Shown piece after piece: positions 61,593-64,000 of a stretch of DNA of 64,000 nt (positions are counted from its first letter, which is position 1; every line of letters begins with the position of its first letter). The translations under genes and the position numbers were made by a program. The notes beneath the pieces are model-generated. The model did not search any database. It was not told the origin of the DNA and was given only the letters and a program-made list of their open reading frames with translations. Origin of the DNA: Cetorhinus maximus (taxonomy: Eukaryota); NCBI RefSeq assembly GCF_964194155.1, contig NC_135901.1:21948001-22012000 (forward strand), in the 5' to 3' direction.

Positions 61593-63789
61593 GTTCAAAA
61601 TCTGATGATATTCAGGTTATCATAAATTGGGTGACTCTGTTAGATCCTGATGTGATGTTTGATTAGTTGCACGACTACAAATCCTCCCCTTCTAATAGCC
61701 TGTCAATTTGATTGGAAAGAAAAAAGGGAGTGAGAAAGAGAGCCCACAAAAATCATAAAGGCAGGTTGTGAACGTGAGCTGAATGAATCTGGTAATTTGT
61801 GGAACTGGCATGAAGATAAAGTGACCATGAAAGCTGCTGGACTGTCGCAAAAACCCAACTGGTTCACTAACATTCTTCAGGGAAGGGAACCTGCCACCCG
61901 GAACCTGCCACCTGCCATACACAAGACTCTGGCTTCTATGCAAGGAGAGAGAGAGACATGGGAGAGGCAGTGGGTGCAGGAGAGAGATTTTATACATTTA
62001 CAGCTTGACCAGAACTTTGACAGTCTTTTCCAAACCCTCAACCTCCGCCACCTAGAAGGACCAGGTGTATGTGAACACCATCACATCCAAGTTCCCTCCA
62101 AGTCGCACATCATCCTGATTTGTCTGACATTCAGTACTGGATGAACAGAAATGTCTTTCACGTAAACCCTGGAAAATCTGAAGCCATTAGCTTCAGTCCC
62201 TGCTCCACTCCCTAGCCACTGACTCTATCCTTCTCCATGGCAACTGTCTGAGGCTGAACCAGACTATTCACAACCTCGATGTTATCTTTCACCCCCAACT
62301 AAGTTTCAAACCACATATCTGCATCATCATCATGATCACCTATTTCCACCTCAGTAACATTGCCCAACCCTACCCTAGTCGCAATTTATCTGCTGCAAAA
62401 ACCATCATCCATTCCTTTGTACCTCGAGACTTAACTATCCTAATGCACTCCCGGCCGGTCATCCAAAGCTCTGCTGTTCATGTGCTTAGTTACACCAGGT
62501 CATGTTCACCAATCACCCTGTGCTCGCTGACCTACAAAGGCTCTGGGTTAAGAAGCAGCTAAATTTTACATTTCTCATCCTTGTTTCAAATCGCTCCATG
62601 ATCTCGCCCCTCCTGTGATGGGTGATCTCCTCCAGCCTCGCAACCCTTTGAGATGCTTTTTAAAACCTACCTCTTTGACCAAGCTATTGGTCACCTATCC
62701 TAACATCTCTTTATACTTTTTATTCACCTGTGAACACACATTGGAAGGTTCAATTACATGAAAGACGTGATATAAATACATATTGTTGTTGTTGGTTAGG
62801 AAACATGTCGCTGTTCCTTCAACATCACTGGTTGAAAAAAAATCTGTAACTCTTTATCTAACAGCATTGTGGGAGCATCTTCACCCACATGGACTGCAGC
62901 GGTTCAAGAAGTTCAAGCATCATCTTCTCCACAGGAAACTGGGGATTGGTAATATCTGTTGCTGGTCTTGTTAGTGAAAGGGCAGGACAGTGGGACTAGC
63001 TGATTTGCTCTTGCAGAGAGCCAGCACAGGCAGGACGGGTTGAATAGTCTCCATCTGTATTGTAACCATTCAATGATTCAATGACCCTTTGAAAAAAGAC
63101 CTGCACTAGAGGTCAGGGACGAATTTCTGTCACCAGTGCCCATCCTGCTACAAACCAGCTCTTGTTTGTTCCACCTGTCTTTCTGGACTCGATTCTGTGA
63201 GCAACGACTGTAGTAAAATATCACAAAATACTGCGGGTTCTGGTAATCTGAAATAAATAGAGGGAAATGCTTGAAATACTCAGCAGGTCAGGCAGTATCT
63301 GCGAAGCAATGGAATTAATGTTTCAGGGTGTGCAGAATTAATTATGGGGAATAAAAATGATGCCGAATCTCATGGTCAATATAAGCTCAGAAGTGGAAGA
63401 GAAATGGACGATCGCGCAGGAAAACTAATTCCTGACTCTGAAAGATACTGTGGGATGATCAAGCTGGGAAGCCAGAAGCACATGGTCAGGGGATGGGCAG
63501 CAGTGGAAACCTCATTTGGGCACAGTTGGCTGAATCAACAGTATAATACTGAACATAACTAAAATACGCCTATTATTAGAGATAGAGGAAGGCAGACAAT
63601 GGCAGAGAGGTGATCAGGGAGGGGAGAGGTGAAATAGAGCAATGGGTGGACATGGATTCAGTAAAGGAGCCACACCAGCCCCAGAGACATGGAACCTCTC
63701 ACAGATGACAGAACATAGCACTAAAAACTCCAAGTTACAGATAAATAATCAAAAATATAGACCTCCGAATCAATTTCAGTTTTAAAACA

Positions 63790-64000
63790 GATGCCGAAGT
63801 CTGCAATTGGAAAGATATTTCATGACTTTTTTGACTAGGTAACAGAGAGGAAAGGTGAGGGTAATGCCGTTGATATGGTGTACATGGACTTCCAAAAGGC
63901 ATTTGATAAAGGGGTACAGAATATACTTGTGGGCAAAGTTAGAGCTCATGGAATAAAAAAGGCCGTCAGAAAATGGATACGAAACTGGCTGAGTGACAGG
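63790..64000 (+). mobile_element. CR1 RT fragment running off the window
   Basis: VDMVYMDFQKAFDK...HGIK...WIRNWLSDR. Confidence 0.8.

Overview
Vertebrate genomic DNA, most likely a cartilaginous fish (inferred from the repeat content: Deu-core SacSINE1-like SINE, CR1, L2, Tx1, Penelope-like elements). The window is a tandem cluster of about nine paralogous C2H2 (Kruppel-type) zinc-finger loci, here labelled A-I. Three have intact ORFs (B, H, I), one is near-intact (E), one has a single internal TGA (C) and four are pseudogenes (A, D, F, G). None shows a recognisable KRAB, SCAN or BTB domain. Several loci have CpG-rich promoters with NRF1-, YY1- and CCAAT-type motifs. Retroelements fill the space between genes. 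Three observations stand out. (1) At 5.0-10.3 kb four independently 5'-truncated Tx1/L1-clade copies from at least two subfamilies sit at the same site (GTGACTGAAGC^ATTCTGGGAGAAGTCAC) of a ~117-bp tandem repeat, pointing to a sequence-specific retrotransposon with a target I do not recognise. (2) About 17 Penelope-associated minimal hammerhead ribozyme motifs occur, many with non-canonical cores (CUGUUGA, CUGCCGA, CUGCUGA). (3) Penelope inserts recur at the ZNF promoters, and several show twin-priming-type inversions. Coordinates were read by eye, so repeat boundaries are approximate and family names are unverified by database search.
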